Shown here piece after piece: positions 1 to 13,163 of a stretch of 64,000 bases of DNA. Each line of letters starts with the position of its first letter. Position 1 is the stretch's first letter. The stretch lies in assembly GCF_006345805.1 (NCBI RefSeq), contig NC_043001.1:115072001-115136000 (forward strand), in the 5' to 3' direction. Under the pieces are notes generated by a model. That model did no database searches. It worked only from the letters and a program-made list of their open reading frames with translations, and was not told where the DNA came from. The translations under genes and the position numbers were made by a program. Source of the DNA: Octopus sinensis (lineage: Eukaryota).

Positions 1-54
1 ATATAATTATCAATTGATTTATCTCTATTTTCTCATGTTATTACATATTATATG

Positions 55-64
55 TATCTATCTC

Positions 65-153
<89 letters not shown>

Positions 154-255
154 ATATATATATATATATAGATAGATAGATAGATAGATACATACATATA
201 ATATATATATTATATATATATATTATATATATATATATATAACATACATACATAG

Positions 256-296
<41 letters not shown>

Positions 297-299
297 CAT

Positions 300-348
<49 letters not shown>
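55..348. repeat. Compound microsatellite (CTAT)n/(TA)n/(CA)n
   Basis: Directly visible simple repeats; explains the low-complexity ORF 146..403. Confidence 0.95.
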
Positions 349-352
<4 letters not shown>

Positions 353-2719
353 TTCAGGAAGCAATATCCACGCAAGGGTTGTTAAAAACAATCCTGATGC
401 CAACTGGGTTTAACCAAATGTATTGATAGAAAGATCATCAATATATATGTGTATAAAGTCTTATAAAATTTAAAATCAAATAAAATGAAGAAAAATTTAA
501 AAGATGCTTGGTTTGTTTTATTTGAAAAACTATAATTACACACATACACACACGTATAAATAATATAAATAACGTGAAAGTGATGATAGTTTTTCAAATC
601 GTTGACTATATACTTTGATCTTAACTAAATTGTAATAGGCCATTAAAATAAAAATAAAAAGTAGGTTTAAATTGTTGATAATTTAGAATAAGAAATAAGT
701 GTTTCCGTAAAAGCGAAATTTACAGACCGTATCTCGAAATTAACTGTCTTGCTTTACATATTCCGTAAGCATGAAATACAGTAACTGAGGTAGCTCTAAC
801 GTGGGGTATACTTATATTTACAAGGATGGTAATCGTTTCCACAAAACAATGCTCTTCCCAGCACATGGGACGTACCATTTAAGACAAACTTTTGCACTCC
901 TTCCAGGGTTGGTAAGCCAGAGATCATTCTCAAATAATTTTCAGTTTCTTTTTTATCATTGCATGTGCTCCTACAATTACTAATGTTGTAACCACCTTGA
1001 GATGCTACAATTTTCTTGATTTCAATTAGCAATCTTTATATATTCTGAGCTTATCATATTTACTGAAATATCTGCTTTCCTGGAAAATGTCCTCGGCACT
1101 CTTATCAAAAACAAATTCCGTCCCGATATCACATTCAGAGTGGAGGGGAGGAAAATTTACCCCACACCGCAAAAAATCAAAGTGTAAAGATAGAACATTA
1201 GCAAAAGATACGCACGATATAAGGTTATACCCACAAACTCGCGAATTTATTGAATGGACACATTTGGGCAATGTATTTCTAGGCAAACAAAATCACTGAA
1301 CTATCACAGCAGGAGCCCCTTTTATATGGGATTTTTCTCAATCAAATTTATCATGGACGCAAACGAATGTCAGCAATTACAAAAGGTACCATCAGCCCTT
1401 GTAAAAAAATAATTACATGTTTTTAGAAAGATAAACTAGCTGAATTCTTGATATTTGATATTTTTCATAATTACAACCCAAATTTGTTAAAATACGCTAA
1501 CATTTGAAAACCTGGAAAACTGTGGAATGTCCACGATGGTAAGAATTTTGAGCAGTTCATATGTCACGAAGAAGGCAAAGGGCTATCATTTTGTGATCTT
1601 ATCATTCAACAGAGATTAGAAAAAGACGAAATTGTTAATGGAGTTAAATTTTGCGACTGCTACTATTTTCCACTCACCACGGGGAATATCAGGTATTCCA
1701 CGAAATCTGTTATATATATTCAATTATGTATAGGGGGATATTTTTATGATGATGATAATAAAATTCTCGGTAAGAAATATTTACAGAACCTAAGTTTTCA
1801 AACGTAATGATTGTGACTGCTTTACGGAGGGAACGTCGTTCAACATAGTACTATTGAACCAGGTCTGGTTCCCTTCTTTTAAAATAGAAATTCTTCTGAT
1901 TTCCGAACTAAAATAAGCAAAGTATCTTAAATATAAAATTCTCTGTCATTTAGACTATTGTCTTCTTCAATTATGTCTTTGTGATATTGTATGTTTATGT
2001 GTATCAGTAAGTGTATGAGTCTGGATAGGTTTTTGTGTATGCGTCAAAGCCTGCGCGCGCGTATTTGTTTACTCTCTTCGGTATCTCTGCTTGATTTGTA
2101 GTCTATATCACATTTTTTTATTATTATTTTGAACACTATTCCTTCGTGACCAATATGTTATTTTATGATATTATATTATAACACTCAACAAAATCTGTCG
2201 CCAAGTTTTACTGAAACCACAAAACATTAAACCTTACACTGAAGAATCAATAATCGACAGTATTGTCATCTCGCTGTCCCTCTTTGTCAGTAACATTGAT
2301 ATAAATTTAGACTTGCCAGTAAAACATAATATTATTACGATTATATTTATTTCTTCACTAAATATTTTGCTCGAGTGGCAAATTTGTTTTGTTGATGAGA
2401 AATTACGACCAGTGTTGGTTTCTATGTGTGTTTGTTCGTTATTGTTTTTTCTTGTTTGTTCGTGGTTGTTATTGCTTAGTCGGCGGCAACCTTTCTCTAA
2501 CAAACGAAAATCCACATGGTCTGTATGTTAGATTGGCTATAGTTTTTGCTGGTTTTTGTGTTTCAGATTAATTACTGTAGAAATGAGTAATATTTTTTGT
2601 TATCATTGAATTCACTGCAGGAATTTTGGGAAATGTGCCAATACGTAGAGATAATCAATGCACGGTGTGAATTTATTAAGTTCTGGTTATTAATAGGTGG
2701 TCGGTGAGATATGAGCGTG

Positions 2720-2812
<93 letters not shown>

Positions 2813-2815
<3 letters not shown>

Positions 2816-3000
2816 CGTTAGCCACTACACACATTTTTCTTTCCTTGTTTCTCTCCTTGTTTTTTCTGTGTCCCTTTCTGTAGAAGAGCGTAGGCTCGAA
2901 ACGTAAAATACTTTCTATTCCTGAGCGTTATACTAATACATCTGTTTGTTTTGTACACCACCTGTCTTCGTCTTTTGTTTTTTTTCGTAAACTCTCCCTA
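2813..3000 (+). mobile_element. ~190-bp Penelope pLTR-like repeat (family A) with a minimal hammerhead motif, inserted in (TA)n/(GA)n
   Basis: Near-identical copies at 7012-7210 (-), 12560-12772 (+) and 36965-37122 (+); contains CTGTAGA-A-GAGC-gtag-GCTC-GAAACGTA; ends in (TA)n. Confidence 0.7.
2874..2909 (+). ncRNA. Minimal type I hammerhead-like motif (variant core CUGUAGA)
   Basis: ttt CTGTAGA A GAGC gtag GCTC GAA ACGT A aaa: short stem I, 4-bp stem II, palindromic stem III, GUA triplet; A6 replaced by U. Confidence 0.55.
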
Positions 3001-3009
3001 TATATATAT

Positions 3010-3220
3010 AAGGGTATCTAAGAGATACAACCATGCTTGAAATAACAGTTAAAATCTGACTCTAAATCCACATCAAGTGTCCAATACAGCACATGGTGAA
3101 AAGACGAATAGATAAATAAACCAGTAAAAATGAGATAAATCGAAACCCTGGGTTTCTGGATCTGTATAAAAATATTTTGCCTTTGTGAACGAAATATACC
3201 AAGAATTGTATATAATTACC
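3010..3220. repeat. ~215-bp dispersed repeat in (TA)n context, copy 1 (inverted relative to copies 2 and 3)
   Basis: Reverse complement aligns with 3748-3958 and 4260-4470 (shared tatctcttagataccctta, cacttgatgtgg, ttttcacc motifs). Confidence 0.75.
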
Positions 3221-3314
3221 TATATATGCACACAGACATACGAATACTCAAGTATATGCACGCGTATATACATATATATGCACGTATATACAATGACTAG
3301 AGCATTCGTATGTT

Positions 3315-3371
<57 letters not shown>

Positions 3372-3379
<8 letters not shown>

Positions 3380-3668
3380 GTTGTATACTGTCAATCTAAC
3401 ACGAACGTAACAGTAGGGGGGTACACCACCGCTGTATAGCCCTAGGAAACATCGACGCCTCCTGATGGCTTTGACGCATTTTTCCCTGTGTCCTTATATA
3501 CGAAAGGGAGACAAACACCCCCGGCCGCCTTCGGAAATGTATATAAGGACACAGGGAAAAATGTGTCAAAGCCATCAGGAGGCGCCGATGCTTCCTAGGA
3601 CTATACAGCGGTGGTGTACCCCCCTACTGTCACGTTCGTGTTAGATTGACAGTATACAACCATTCTAT
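3372..3668. mobile_element. Foldback/MITE-like long inverted repeat (130-bp arms, 37-nt spacer)
   Basis: 3372-3501 is the reverse complement of 3539-3668 with about 5 mismatches, all transitions. Confidence 0.85.
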
Positions 3669-3720
3669 CGCCCCACCACCGTACATGTCTCTACGAGAGA
3701 TTTAAAAATTTAGTATTTCT

Positions 3721-3747
<27 letters not shown>

Positions 3748-3752
<5 letters not shown>

Positions 3753-3958
3753 TGTACAATTCTTAGTATATTTCATTCACAAAGGCTGAGTAGTTTTATA
3801 CAGAGTCAGAATCCTAAGGTCTGGAATTATCCAATATTTGCACGTTAATTTACTTATTTGACTTTTCACCTTGTGTTGTATTGAACACTTGATGTGGTTG
3901 TAGAGTCAGGCTTTGGCTGCCATTTCATGCATGGTGGTATCTCTTAGATACCCTTATT
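3748..3958. repeat. ~215-bp dispersed repeat, copy 2
   Basis: Aligns by eye with 4260-4470 and the reverse complement of 3010-3220. Confidence 0.75.
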
Positions 3959-4259
3959 TATAATTTTAATAATAATTATATCCTATAAGGTTTTTTCTTC
4001 CCATGCTGTCACTTAATTTGATCGGTATCTGAAATAACGGTCTTATACGTATTTATATAGAACTTTATATATATTCACTTCGTCATTATATTCATTGCAG
4101 GTGGTATTTTGACCATCCAGTACATGTTGTCTCGATGGATAACTGAACTCGCCGTTGTATATATGTGCATATATTTGTATATACACATGCGTATACGTGA
4201 GTATTCGTATGTTTATGTGTGTGTGTAAATATATATATATATATATATAAATATATATG

Positions 4260-4470
4260 TAATTATGTACAATTCTTGGCATATTTCATTGACAAAGGCA
4301 GAGTATTTTTATACAGAGCTAGAAACCCAAAGTCTGGAATTATCCAATATTTCCTAGTATATTTATCTATTTGTCTTTTCACCTTGTGCTGTATTGAACA
4401 CTTGATGTGGTTTTAGAGTCAGGTTTTCACTGTTACTTCAAATATGGTGATATCTCTTAGATACCCTTAT
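4260..4470. repeat. ~215-bp dispersed repeat, copy 3
   Basis: Aligns by eye with 3748-3958. Confidence 0.75.
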
Positions 4471-4905
4471 TTATATTTTTTATAATAAATATAAGGCAGA
4501 GGTAAAGATCATGGACTGTACCCCCTTTGAGATATTTTTTGTTTTATTTTCAAAGAAGTACGCTATATTGAAGGCGGAGACTCCGAATCTGCAAAAAAAA
4601 AATCTGCATTTCAAATTTTAAATTCGGCCCCCAATTTCTTAAACTTTCACTTTATATGTTTCATGAAGAACATAACCCAACATGTTGTGGTTGAGGGTCT
4701 TTTGGAATTTTAGAGAGGTATGTAAAAATTACATTCTTGCGCACACGCACGCGCGAGCGCGCACACATACACAAACACAACAAAATGACATTAAAATTTT
4801 CTTCACTTTTGAATAATATTTTATTCCATTATTTTCGCTTTTCTTTATGACTATTTTTGAGTAACAACTTTCTTTTATTCTCATTCAGTAGGCTATTTGT
4901 TTTAT

Positions 4906-4968
<63 letters not shown>

Positions 4969-4991
4969 AAATCCCTCTGTCCGCACACGCG

Positions 4992-5080
4992 TTAGTCAGT
5001 AGATTAGTCAGCCCCCACGATAAAAAAAACCCTCGCCATGTATAAATATGTGTAAACTATAAAACAGAGTGGGGCGGAAT

Positions 5081-5116
<36 letters not shown>

Positions 5117-5122
5117 TATCCC

Positions 5123-5188
<66 letters not shown>

Positions 5189-5189
5189 C

Positions 5190-5246
<57 letters not shown>

Positions 5247-6400
5247 ATAAAAGAAACAACCGACTGAATGAATGGAAATAAAATAGATTTTGAAATTGAA
5301 ATAAAATATTAATGCAGTCATAAAGAAAGGTGAGAATAAAACAAATTTTGAACTAAAATCTTACTCAAAAGTAGTCATTAAAAAATGTGAAAATAATGAA
5401 ATAAAATGTTATTTACTTGGTCAAAAGTGAACCATTCTGAAAGATGTTTTAGAATGTTCCGAAAACATTCATCTCCAGTCTTCCTATGTTTTCCCCTCCA
5501 AAGAAACTCAGCTAGATTGGATCCAATCATATTTGTGTGTACTCCTATCATACTTTTGAATCTCCTTTTCCATTTTTCAAGGAACATTCAACTGAGTTGG
5601 TATGCTCTTTAGTTTTCTCTATGGTTCACTTTGAAATGGGAATTCCGTGCTTCGACATCAATTTCAGCTATTCCATTGTATCTACTCTACCAATCAGAAT
5701 GGATAGTCGGTGAGGTGGAGGCACATGACCTAGTGGTTAGAGCAGCGGACTCGCGATCGAGGGATCGCGGGTTCGAATCTCAGACCTGACGATGTGTGTG
5801 TTTATGAGCGAAACACCTAAGCCCCACGCGGCTCCTGCAGAAGGTAATGGTGAAACTTCTGATGAAACTTTCGCCACAACTTTCTCTCACTCTTTCCTCC
5901 TGCATCTTGCAGCTCACCTGCGATGGATCGGCGTACTGTCCATGTGGGGAACCTATAAGCCAAGAAACCGGGAAACCGGCCCTTCAGAGCCAGGCATGGC
6001 TCGAGAAGGAACAAACAACATAGTCGTTCCTGGTTTTATATACTCTCTGATAAGGAAGAGCAGAGTTTCAGAGGAACGATCATTCATAAACACCAAAAAC
6101 CCAATTTTGTCTTCTCTGTCCCTCTAAAAACCCACCTCTCCTATGGTATTCTGCCTTTATTCGTCTATTTCGACAATGCGCCCAACACCTCCAACTAGGT
6201 AGAGATTACATACAAAATGGTGACCTGCTATGTCTCTCATTTATTGATACCCCTGTATCCACTGCTGCTTCTGAAACACCTGCCATATCACATGAGATAT
6301 TTATGGAGACTTTTCTGGATCATAAACAGGCCAGAAGAATAATATTTCATTCATTCTGTCGGTTTTTTTTATCTTGCGAGCGGACTAGTCTACTGACCAG
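4992..6400 (-). mobile_element. Degenerate Merlin (IS1016/ISXO2-like DDE) DNA transposon with imperfect TIRs, interrupted by a SINE
   Basis: Minus-strand fragments VGGVGRIVEIDE, NWVFGVYE, DRSSETLLFLIREYIKPGTT|TIHSDW, HFKVNH, HTNSVE and LAEFLWR match Merlin/ISXO2 motifs; ~40-bp inverted repeats at 4992-5031 and 6361-6400; flanking direct repeat cgcaca(c/t)gcg. Confidence 0.8.
5710..6019 (+). mobile_element. tRNA-derived SINE (head family 1, tail type a) inserted in the Merlin transposase
   Basis: A box TGACCTAGTGG, B box GGTTCGAATCTC; 7-bp TSD atagtcg at 5703-5709 and 6020-6026. Confidence 0.85.
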
Positions 6401-6843
6401 CGCACATGCGTGCGGTGCGTGCGTCGGGTCCACTCTTCTTAAGTAGTAATGATATATACACACATAAAACACATGTTCAGAAACATTGGATACAGATATG
6501 TATGTATAAAGTACGCTCACATGAAAATGCTGACATGTACATCTATTATCGTGAATGAATGCATATAAGTAACCCACACATATATGTGTATACATATACA
6601 CACATACGCATTCAAATACCTACGCATATATTTACTCACTCATACATATATATCAACAATTATACATAACACGTAAAGCTTTTACACCCTTATACATATA
6701 CATGTACATATACATATACATATATATATATATGATCAAGAATTACATATACGAAACAATACATACATATATATGCAAACTGTAATTCTCTCACCCTTAG
6801 CGAAAATTGGTATCGATAATATGTATATATATGTATGATATAT

Positions 6844-6876
<33 letters not shown>

Positions 6877-6969
6877 TGGGCAAGTGTCTTCTACTATAGC
6901 CTCGGGCCGACCAAAGCATTTTCAGTCGATTTGGTAGACGGAAAATGAAAGAAGCCTGTCGTATATATG

Positions 6970-7015
<46 letters not shown>

Positions 7016-7428
7016 AGAGTTTACGAAAAAAACAAAAGACGAAGACAGATGGTGTACAAAACAGACAGATGTATTAGTATAACGCTCAGGAATAGAAAAA
7101 GTATTTTACGTTTCGAGCCTACGCTCTTCTACAGAAAGGGACACAGAAAAAACAAGGAGAGAAACAATGAGAGAAAAAATGTGTGTAGTGGCTAACGATC
7201 TATCATGGCGAGTGTGCGTATATGTTTGTGCGTCTGTGTTTGTCCCTCCAACATCGCTTGACAACTGATGGTGGTGTGTTTACGTCCCCGTAACTTAGCG
7301 GTTCGGCAAAGGAGACCGATATCATAAGTACTAGGCTTACAAAGAATAAGACCTGGGCTCGATTTGCTCGACTAAAGGCGGTGCTTAAGCATGACCACAG
7401 TCATATGACTGAAACAAGTAAAAGAGAG
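6877..7428 (+). mobile_element. 5'-truncated SINE of family 2, split by a family A pLTR-like insertion
   Basis: Matches the reverse complement of 27611-28010 and 58408-58793 (ttgggcaagtgtcttctactatagcctcgggccgacc ... gactgaaacaagtaaaag). Confidence 0.8.
7012..7210 (-). mobile_element. Family A pLTR-like repeat with hammerhead-like motif at 7104-7138
   Basis: Reverse complement of 2813-3000. Confidence 0.7.
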
Positions 7429-7459
7429 TAAATATATATATATATATGTGTGTGTGTGC

Positions 7460-7740
7460 GAAGCGCAATGGCCCAGTGGTTAGGGCAACGGACTCGCGGT
7501 TGTAGGATCGTGGTTTCGATTCCCAGACCTAAAACTCCACGAGGCTCCGGCAGGGGATGGTGGCGATCTCTGCTGTACTCTTTCGCCACAACTTCCTCTC
7601 GCCCTTTCTTTTGTTGGCCTGCTCGCTTAGCCAGCGGGATGGCGTCATTTGAAGGCTAAAACAATGCGAAGCGTATTGTGACCAGCGATGTGTAGCAACA
7701 TCTGATAGCCTGGTCGGTCACAATCACAGTCACGGTGATA
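7460..7740 (+). mobile_element. tRNA-derived SINE (head family 1, tail type b)
   Basis: A box TGGCCCAGTGG, B box GGTTTCGATTCCC; tail ...ctggtcggtcac...ggtgata(TA)n. Confidence 0.85.
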
Positions 7741-9087
7741 TATATATATATATATATAATATATTATATATATATATATAATTAATTATATATATATATA
7801 TATATATTTATATACACACACACATATATCGTGTGTGTGTATGTCTGTCTGTCCACCAGCACCGTTTGGAAACAGGTGTTGGCTTGTTTACGTCCCGGAA
7901 ACCAGTGGTTCGACAAAATGAGACCGATAGAATATGCATCAGGCTATAAAAATATGTACTGGAGTTGATTAGTTCGACTAAAACATTCAAGGCGGCCCCA
8001 GCATGGCTACAGAAACTAGTAAAATATCTATAATTCTCAATAGTTTTCTACCAGGGTTATATATGGTATCAGTCGACACAAGTATGCCCAATTTGTTTGT
8101 TAAATATTTTACAAGGAGTGTATATTTAATAAGATAATTGAATCTTATAATTGCTATAGCAGATCATTTTTCTCAGTTAATTATAATTTCCCTTTATAAT
8201 ATTAATTTCCGTAATTAGAGTGCTATCTGTGATTTTGCATATTAGTATAATCCTTGTTTCGACTATTTTCTAATATGAATAAGTTCTGTTTCGACTGTTT
8301 TCTAATATGACTGACTTCAAAGTTATTGTTTATATAAATAGTAAAATTGTTATAACAGAATCATTTTTTATTTAACTTCAATTATGAAAGAAAACTGAAC
8401 AGAAATCCAATACATTTGGAACAATCCACACAAGCTACTTACTAAAAATTGCAACTCCAGGCAATCTAAAGTTTCGAGTAATTATTCTTAAATAGCTATT
8501 AATAGCCTCTTGCATTTAATTAATATATGTTTTATATTTCTCCATTACAAACTTCCTTAGCTTTCTCTGTTTGTATATTTTCGTTCTAAGTTTTTCGCGG
8601 GGAGGGGGGAATTGTTTTCACCTTTTTTTTTTCTTCTAAATTTCTGCGAATCAAAAGTTACAAAATTTTAGTTCACCTTTGTTGCAGTCATTCCTGCGAC
8701 ACTCTGGCGATCCCAAGAGTTTTATTTCAATGAAATACTCCATTCCTTTGAACAGATTAATTAATTAGCGTTGATGAAAGCTAAACAAGCGACAATAACT
8801 TTGCTTCACTCGATTTCTTTCTAATACTTTTCTTCGTAACTTGATCTTAATGATTACCAGATTTCCCATAGTAATAAAGCATTTTAATTGAACACATATT
8901 ATTGCAATCACATGTTACAACTACAAAAATCATGCAGAAAGAACATGCAGTACTATCCGACCAATAGACATCACGCTACGTAATTCTTAAACACCAAGTT
9001 CGAAATTCAATAAATTTTGGTATACGTATGTCACGTTCATAATTTATCTGTCAAACGCAGCTGTTAATTCGCTTTTCCTAAAAGTTC

Positions 9088-9146
<59 letters not shown>

Positions 9147-9244
9147 CTATTTATCTATCTCTGTCTATCTCACATTTTACATATCCGTGTGTGCGTGAGT
9201 ATGTTTCTGTGTGTGTGTATGCATGTCTGGATGTTTGTGTGTGA

Positions 9245-9375
<131 letters not shown>

Positions 9376-9407
9376 ATATGTAGCTATGTATGTATATGTA
9401 TATGTGA

Positions 9408-9748
9408 AGGCGCATAGCTTAGTGGTTAGAGCGTCGGGCTCACAATCACGAAGTAGTGAGTTCGTTTCCCGGATCGAGCTGTGTATTGTATTCTTGAGCA
9501 ATACACTTTATTTCATGTTGCTCCAGTTCACTCAGCTGTAGAAATGAGCTGCGACATCACAGGTGCCAAGCTGAATCAGCCTTTGCCTTTCTCTTGGATA
9601 ACATCAGTGGTGTGGAGAGAGGCCGCTGGTATGCAAGGGCCACTGCTGGTCTTCCATAAACAATTTTTCCCGGACTTATGCCTCGGAGGAGAACTTTCTA
9701 AGTACAATCCAATGGTCAATCATGATCGAAGGGGATCTGTACCCTCAA
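9408..9748 (+). mobile_element. tRNA-derived SINE, diverged
   Basis: A box TAGCTTAGTGG, B box GAGTTCGTTTCCC, then cttgagcaatacacttta...gctccagttcactcagctg. Confidence 0.75.
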
Positions 9749-10928
9749 TGTATGTACATGCATAAATAGATACATAGTATATGCATACATACACATACAT
9801 AGCTACACACAAACCCATACCTCTAGAAACTGCAACACCAATGCATTCACATACGCGTTACCTCGCCACTCGACCACTAAACCTAACTATTACTAACTTG
9901 TTCGTTTCACTCCTTCACACACACATATACACACGCACACACACATGTCACCCACACACCACAAACACACACACACACACATACAGGGACTACCACATAC
10001 ACACACATTGGTCATGTAACGACACACATGCTTTTCGCGAACTAGCCATCTCTCTAGACCTTTTTCTTTCTTACGAAGAACCATACCTGATACGTTACCA
10101 CTTCACTTTTTTACCATCTTAAACCTACTCTGAGTGTCAATCTAATATGTTTACTGCGTACGTCCTTTTGACTATAGTTGCTTTTTCTGCATTTGTTTTT
10201 AATACTGATTTGCCTGTGTGAAAATGGGTACACTTGTGGTTATGTTCTTTGGCTCATGATTATATGGTCATGAGTTCAATTCCTGAAACTTGCTGCGGGT
10301 TGTGTCCTCGAACAAAACACTTCTCGTTATTCTAGTCTTTTCAATAATACCATCTGGATACTAATACAGCCATCACTTTCTTCTTTTTTATCACAACATG
10401 GATTTTCAGCACATCAAAGGTTGTAAAGCGATACGCGTCTTTCGTTTTTGGATTTGGTTTGCAAGATTCTTTATGTGAGTGCGTGTGTTGAAACATGTTC
10501 TGTTGTTTCTGCGGAGAGTCATTTTCTTTTTGTGCTTTATAATTTAACACACTCACCGTTAAAATTTCCACTTATTTCTTATTTTTATTTCCCTAAAATT
10601 TTCCTTGCCTCTTGCAAACTTTTCAATAGTTTTCAATAGTCCCAGACGCAACAAGGTATGTGTCTGACTGCTAGAAACTACATAAGCATCTGAATATAAT
10701 TAAAAGAAAGTATTTTACTTGTTATTAAGCTTTACACACTCCAGGGTGGTCAATGGCTCATCGTGTTTTACACATACATACATATTCATTTCGAAATACA
10801 TGTTTCACACAATTGCTGTAGAGATTACATTTTCTCGCTAACAATGATCATTCAAGCTATGAAAAACAATTCATGCAGGAATTCCATTGCTGATTTTCTG
10901 TTTAAAGGTACAGCATAAATCTAGTTGT

Positions 10929-11293
10929 CATGGAGGCGCAATGGCCCAGTGGTTAGGGCAGCGAACTCGCGGTCATAGGATCGCGGTTTCGATTCCCAGA
11001 CCGGGCGTTGTGAGTGTTTATTGAGCGAAAACACCTAAAGCTCCACGACGCTCCGGCAGGGGATGGTGGTGATCCCTGCTGTACTCTTTCATCACAACTT
11101 TCTCTCACTCTTACTTCCTGATTCTGTTGTACCTTGTCACTCTCTGTGTCACGCTGAATATCCCCGAGAACTAGGTTAAGGGTACATGTGTCTGTGGAGT
11201 GCTCAGCCACTTACACGTTAATTTCACGAGCAGGCTGTTCTGTTGATTCGGATCAACCGGAACCCTCGTCGTCGTAACCGACGGAGTGCTTCC
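10929..11293 (+). mobile_element. Full-length tRNA-derived SINE (head family 1, tail type c)
   Basis: A/B boxes; perfect 12-bp TSD aaatctagttgt at 10917-10928 and 11294-11305. Confidence 0.9.
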
Positions 11294-11701
11294 AAATCTA
11301 GTTGTTGATTTTCATTGATGACCATTCATGAGATTCGGCAACACCAGGCTATATACAACGTTCTAATGAATCTCTGTAGGAATGTATAGATAGAGCGTTA
11401 ATATTATTCGGTAGTTAAGTAATTATTGAGGGGCTATAACAATAACAGCTATTATTATTATGCGATATTGCTGGGTAATATTCAGTAACTGCTCTGCACG
11501 AGTGGACATTGTTAGCTTGTCGGCAAGCGTTCGTGCCTGTGCATCCGTATAATAATATCTGGGATTTTATCAATATCTCGGCGAGGCACACATTGCATTT
11601 CGCTGAATTATTGCAATTTGTTGTAAAGATGTTTCCTCGGTCCTGTTGAGGTATACACGCACAATCATATGTTTATGTATTTGTATGTATTTATGTATGT
11701 A

Positions 11702-11802
<101 letters not shown>

Positions 11803-11879
11803 GTGTTTATATACACAGACATACATGTGTATACATATATAAGCAACTAAACCACAAAGAAATCATGTTAGCGTCTAAC

Positions 11880-12230
11880 GGCATTGCTTGGAGAGTGGTG
11901 ATGGAAGAAATCTCTTCCACAGTTGAGCTTCATTCAAAAGATCCAGTAGTCATGACATGTCATGCAACTTAATTCAGTGTTCAGTCTCCTAGGTGCTTCA
12001 ATTACCATATTTTGTTGTGTATGAACATCATAGTAGACAGCAATATTCAAGATAAGACTGACAAACGTGGCAAAAAGAAGCGTGAAGATATATAAAAATC
12101 TCTTGACTGGAAACATCTAAGGATCCATGAAACTTCTAAAGATCCAAGAGCAGCCATATTGACAATATTCTTGATGTATGCAATCCAGCTTAGGTTGTTG
12201 TCCAAAGATACACTACAGTTTCACATATAT
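11880..12230 (+). pseudogene. Highly decayed RTE-like LINE RT C-terminal fragment
   Basis: Frame pieces FSLLGAS and RAAILTIFLMYAIQL resemble the RTE motifs FxYLGS and YRAVVLxxLLYG. Confidence 0.4.
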
Positions 12231-12510
12231 GAAGCTAGAGTAATATATACTATGCTTGTTTGAATGTTTTTGTTATGTAGCTGTGTGTTTTTGATCGTGT
12301 TTGTCTAAGTGTGCGTAATATTTAATGACGTTAATCAAAACGGATAGAGAAAAAACACAAATGCAAAATTCTGGTAGTGGATTGTGCAACATCGTTAAAA
12401 GATTTAGTAGGACTTTAACTAAATACTTTTATCGTGTTCCAGTTTGCCGTGACTCTACGCCTAACTTGAGCCTCCTATAACTATAACTACATAGCCTCAC
12501 ATATATGATC

Positions 12511-12547
<37 letters not shown>

Positions 12548-12559
12548 ATATATATATAC

Positions 12560-12769
12560 ATAAATGTTGATTCGCTAGCCTCTGCACGCATTTTTTTCTC
12601 TCCTTGTTTCTTTTCTGTGTTTCTTTTCTGTGTATCTTTCTGTTGAAGAGCGTAGGCTCGAAACGTAAAAGACTTGTTTTATTTATATACCTGAGCGCCA
12701 TACTAATACAATTGTTTGTTTGTATTCCACCTGCCTTCGTCTTTTGTTTATTTTCATAAAGCTTCCCGT

Positions 12770-12772
<3 letters not shown>
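12560..12772 (+). mobile_element. Family A pLTR-like repeat with hammerhead motif at 12635-12672
   Basis: TCTTT CTGTTGA A GAGC gtag GCTC GAA ACGT A AAAGA: perfect 5-bp stem I. Confidence 0.72.
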
Positions 12773-12809
<37 letters not shown>

Positions 12810-12820
12810 TATGTATGTAC

Positions 12821-12887
<67 letters not shown>

Positions 12888-13120
12888 ATATTCAAAATAT
12901 GTATGTGGGTGTGTGATGGGAGCGTACACATGCATATCTCATTGTCAAATATGGATTTTCTTATCTTCCTATGGTACGGAACGACAGGGATAACCAGAAT
13001 TTGTAGTGGTATTGCTTCTGGCGTTAAATGTCATGAAGCGGTCAGTTAAAGATGAATTCTTTTGCCAACACAGATTCTTTCTCTCTCTCTCTTTCTCTTT
13101 CTCTCCGTACACAAACACAC

Positions 13121-13163
<43 letters not shown>

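Noticed and set aside
10932-11005. tRNA-like sequence (also at other SINE heads)
   Set aside because: A/B boxes run straight into SINE bodies and no convincing acceptor stem forms; these are SINE heads, not tRNA genes
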